47,674 nt of DNA from Octopus bimaculoides. Its lineage: Eukaryota. The notes beneath the pieces are model-generated. The model ran no database searches. It saw only the letters and a program-made list of their open reading frames with translations, and was not told the DNA's origin. Each line of letters begins with the position of its first letter. Within the stretch, counting starts at the first letter, position 1. Made by a program: the position numbers and the translations under genes. The DNA lies in NCBI RefSeq assembly GCF_001194135.2, contig NC_069004.1, positions 9,954,802 to 10,002,475 on the forward strand, in the 5' to 3' direction. Shown here piece by piece: positions 46,214 through 47,674 of this stretch.

Positions 46214-46457
46214 NNNNNNNNNNNNNNNNNNNNNNNNNNNNNNNNNNNNNNNNNNNNNNNNNNNNNNNNNNNNNNNNNNNNNNNNNNNNNNNNNNNNNNN
46301 NNNNNNNNNNNNNNNNNNNNNNNNNNNNNNNNNNNNNNNNNNNNNNNNNNNNNNNNNNNNNNNNNNNNNNNNNNNNNNNNNNNNNNNNNNNNNNNNNNNN
46401 NNNNNNNNNNNNNNNNNNNNNNNNNNNNNNNNNNNNNNNNNNNNNNNNNNNNNNNNN
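46214..46457. other. Assembly gap (N)
   Basis: Run of N. Confidence 1.
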
Positions 46458-46507
<50 letters not shown>

Positions 46508-46621
46508 AGAGAGAGGGAGAGAGTTTATTTGAAAAATAACAAAAACTACGAACATGACTCTCAGATTATTCTGTAGCAGAATATTTTGATATATATATTC
46601 GTTGATAAACTCTACAGACAT

Positions 46622-47020
46622 GGATGGTGCTGTCAGACGGGATTGTCCGAGGTGCAAGCAGAGCGACGAAACCGTTCTGCATGCGCTCGTTTAGTGTAGG
46701 GGAATTGCTGACTTGTGGAGTTCAAGTCGAACAGCTGCTGTCGCGTGTTGGACGGATCCGTCTGTCGTCCGAGTTCATAGCAATGGCTGCCCCGCCACCC
46801 TCTTTTAATCGGACAGACAAGGCAGTTTTCCTTTGCCTGGTGGCTGTGGCGAAAGAGGTTGTCTGGTGGACGAGGCTGAAAGGAATGAGGTCGGAAACAT
46901 TCCTCTTTGGTAAAGACCTCGTCGACTTTTTCAAGTTTCACTTGAAAAGGAAAGTGAGGGTGGAGAGGGAGGTGTCGTCCTCGAGTGAATTACCTTATTT
47001 GCTGGTGTATAAACCGCACC
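46622..47020 (+). mobile_element. L1/Tx1-clade LINE ORF2 C-terminal fragment (pseudogene)
   Basis: Frame from 46638: RDCPRCKQSDETVLHALV*CRGIADLW (zf-RVT CCHC knuckle with a nonsense codon); a frameshift then leads into VEQLLSRVGRIRLS...FLCLVAVAKEVVWWTRLKG...FFKFHLKRKVRVER. This explains the 234-aa ORF at 46624. Confidence 0.8.
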
Positions 47021-47643
47021 CCCGATTTTCGGTCCCTGATAGGGGGAAAAACGTGGGGGGAAACTGGGAAATAACTGGGGCTAATGAAAAGGGAGAAATG
47101 TGGGATAAATACAGACTTCAATTTCATGATGATTTCATACTTAACGAACATTTCCGATTGCAATCATTGATATTCATAATTATTAATGGAAGAAGATTGA
47201 GTCCAGGTTTTAAAATGCAAGAGATAAGAAGAGAACGTCTTTTTATTATGTGTGTTTCTATGATTTATTCATATTTTGATCTTTATTCTTTCTTGCAAAT
47301 GTGTGGTCCGAAAATGAACCGACCCTAATGAGTAGAGATTTCACTCAAAGCCTAAGAAGTCTTCGTAGAGTTGATCGTCTGCTCATTAGAGAGAGAGAAA
47401 GAGAGAGAGGGAGAGAGTTTATTTGAAAGAATAACAAAAACTACGAACATGACTCTCAGATTATTCTGTAGCAGAATATTTTGATATATATATTCGTTGA
47501 AAGCTATGACATGGAGGTACCCGCCTCATTTACCCGATTTGGTCTCTCGACATATTCACTCACATGCATGATTACGTAGACATGCACAGACATACATAAT
47601 ACATACACACACACACATCTCTATCTGTCTCCCTGTCTCTCTC

Positions 47644-47674
<31 letters not shown>

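Noticed and set aside
46624-47328. 234-aa ORF as a host gene
   Set aside because: It is the frameshifted C-terminus of a Tx1/L1 ORF2 running into unrelated flank.

Overview
Eukaryotic (animal) genomic DNA: AT-rich, intron-rich, dense in microsatellites and repeats, with four N gaps. The repeat content suggests an octopus or other coleoid cephalopod (inference from recalled repeat families, not verified). Four genes are arranged as two head-to-head pairs. (1) The first coding exon of a probable CAML/GET2 homologue (minus, ATG at 600). (2) A complete 8-exon SLC25A16/Graves disease carrier gene (plus, 1952-22787, 324 aa). (3) A complete 7-exon TFAM gene (minus, 40053-34356, 277 aa) with a long lysine-rich, histone-H1-like C-terminal tail. 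(4) Exon 1 of an M14B carboxypeptidase, CPE-like (plus, from 41596). Introns and intergenic DNA hold at least three tRNA-derived SINE families, 5'-truncated RTE LINEs, a Tx1/L1 fragment, a hAT-type transposase fossil, mariner remnants and two families of TTAA-flanked piggyBac-type MITEs. The most notable unannotated signal is a type I hammerhead ribozyme fold at 40250-40337 (+), in the divergent promoter region between TFAM and the carboxypeptidase, with all core nucleotides and stems I-III present. Other points of interest: two inverted-repeat dsRNA candidates, a MITE that may supply the TFAM poly(A) signal, and a CpG-decay gradient visible in the SINE copies. All gene models were spliced and translated by hand; no database searches were run.
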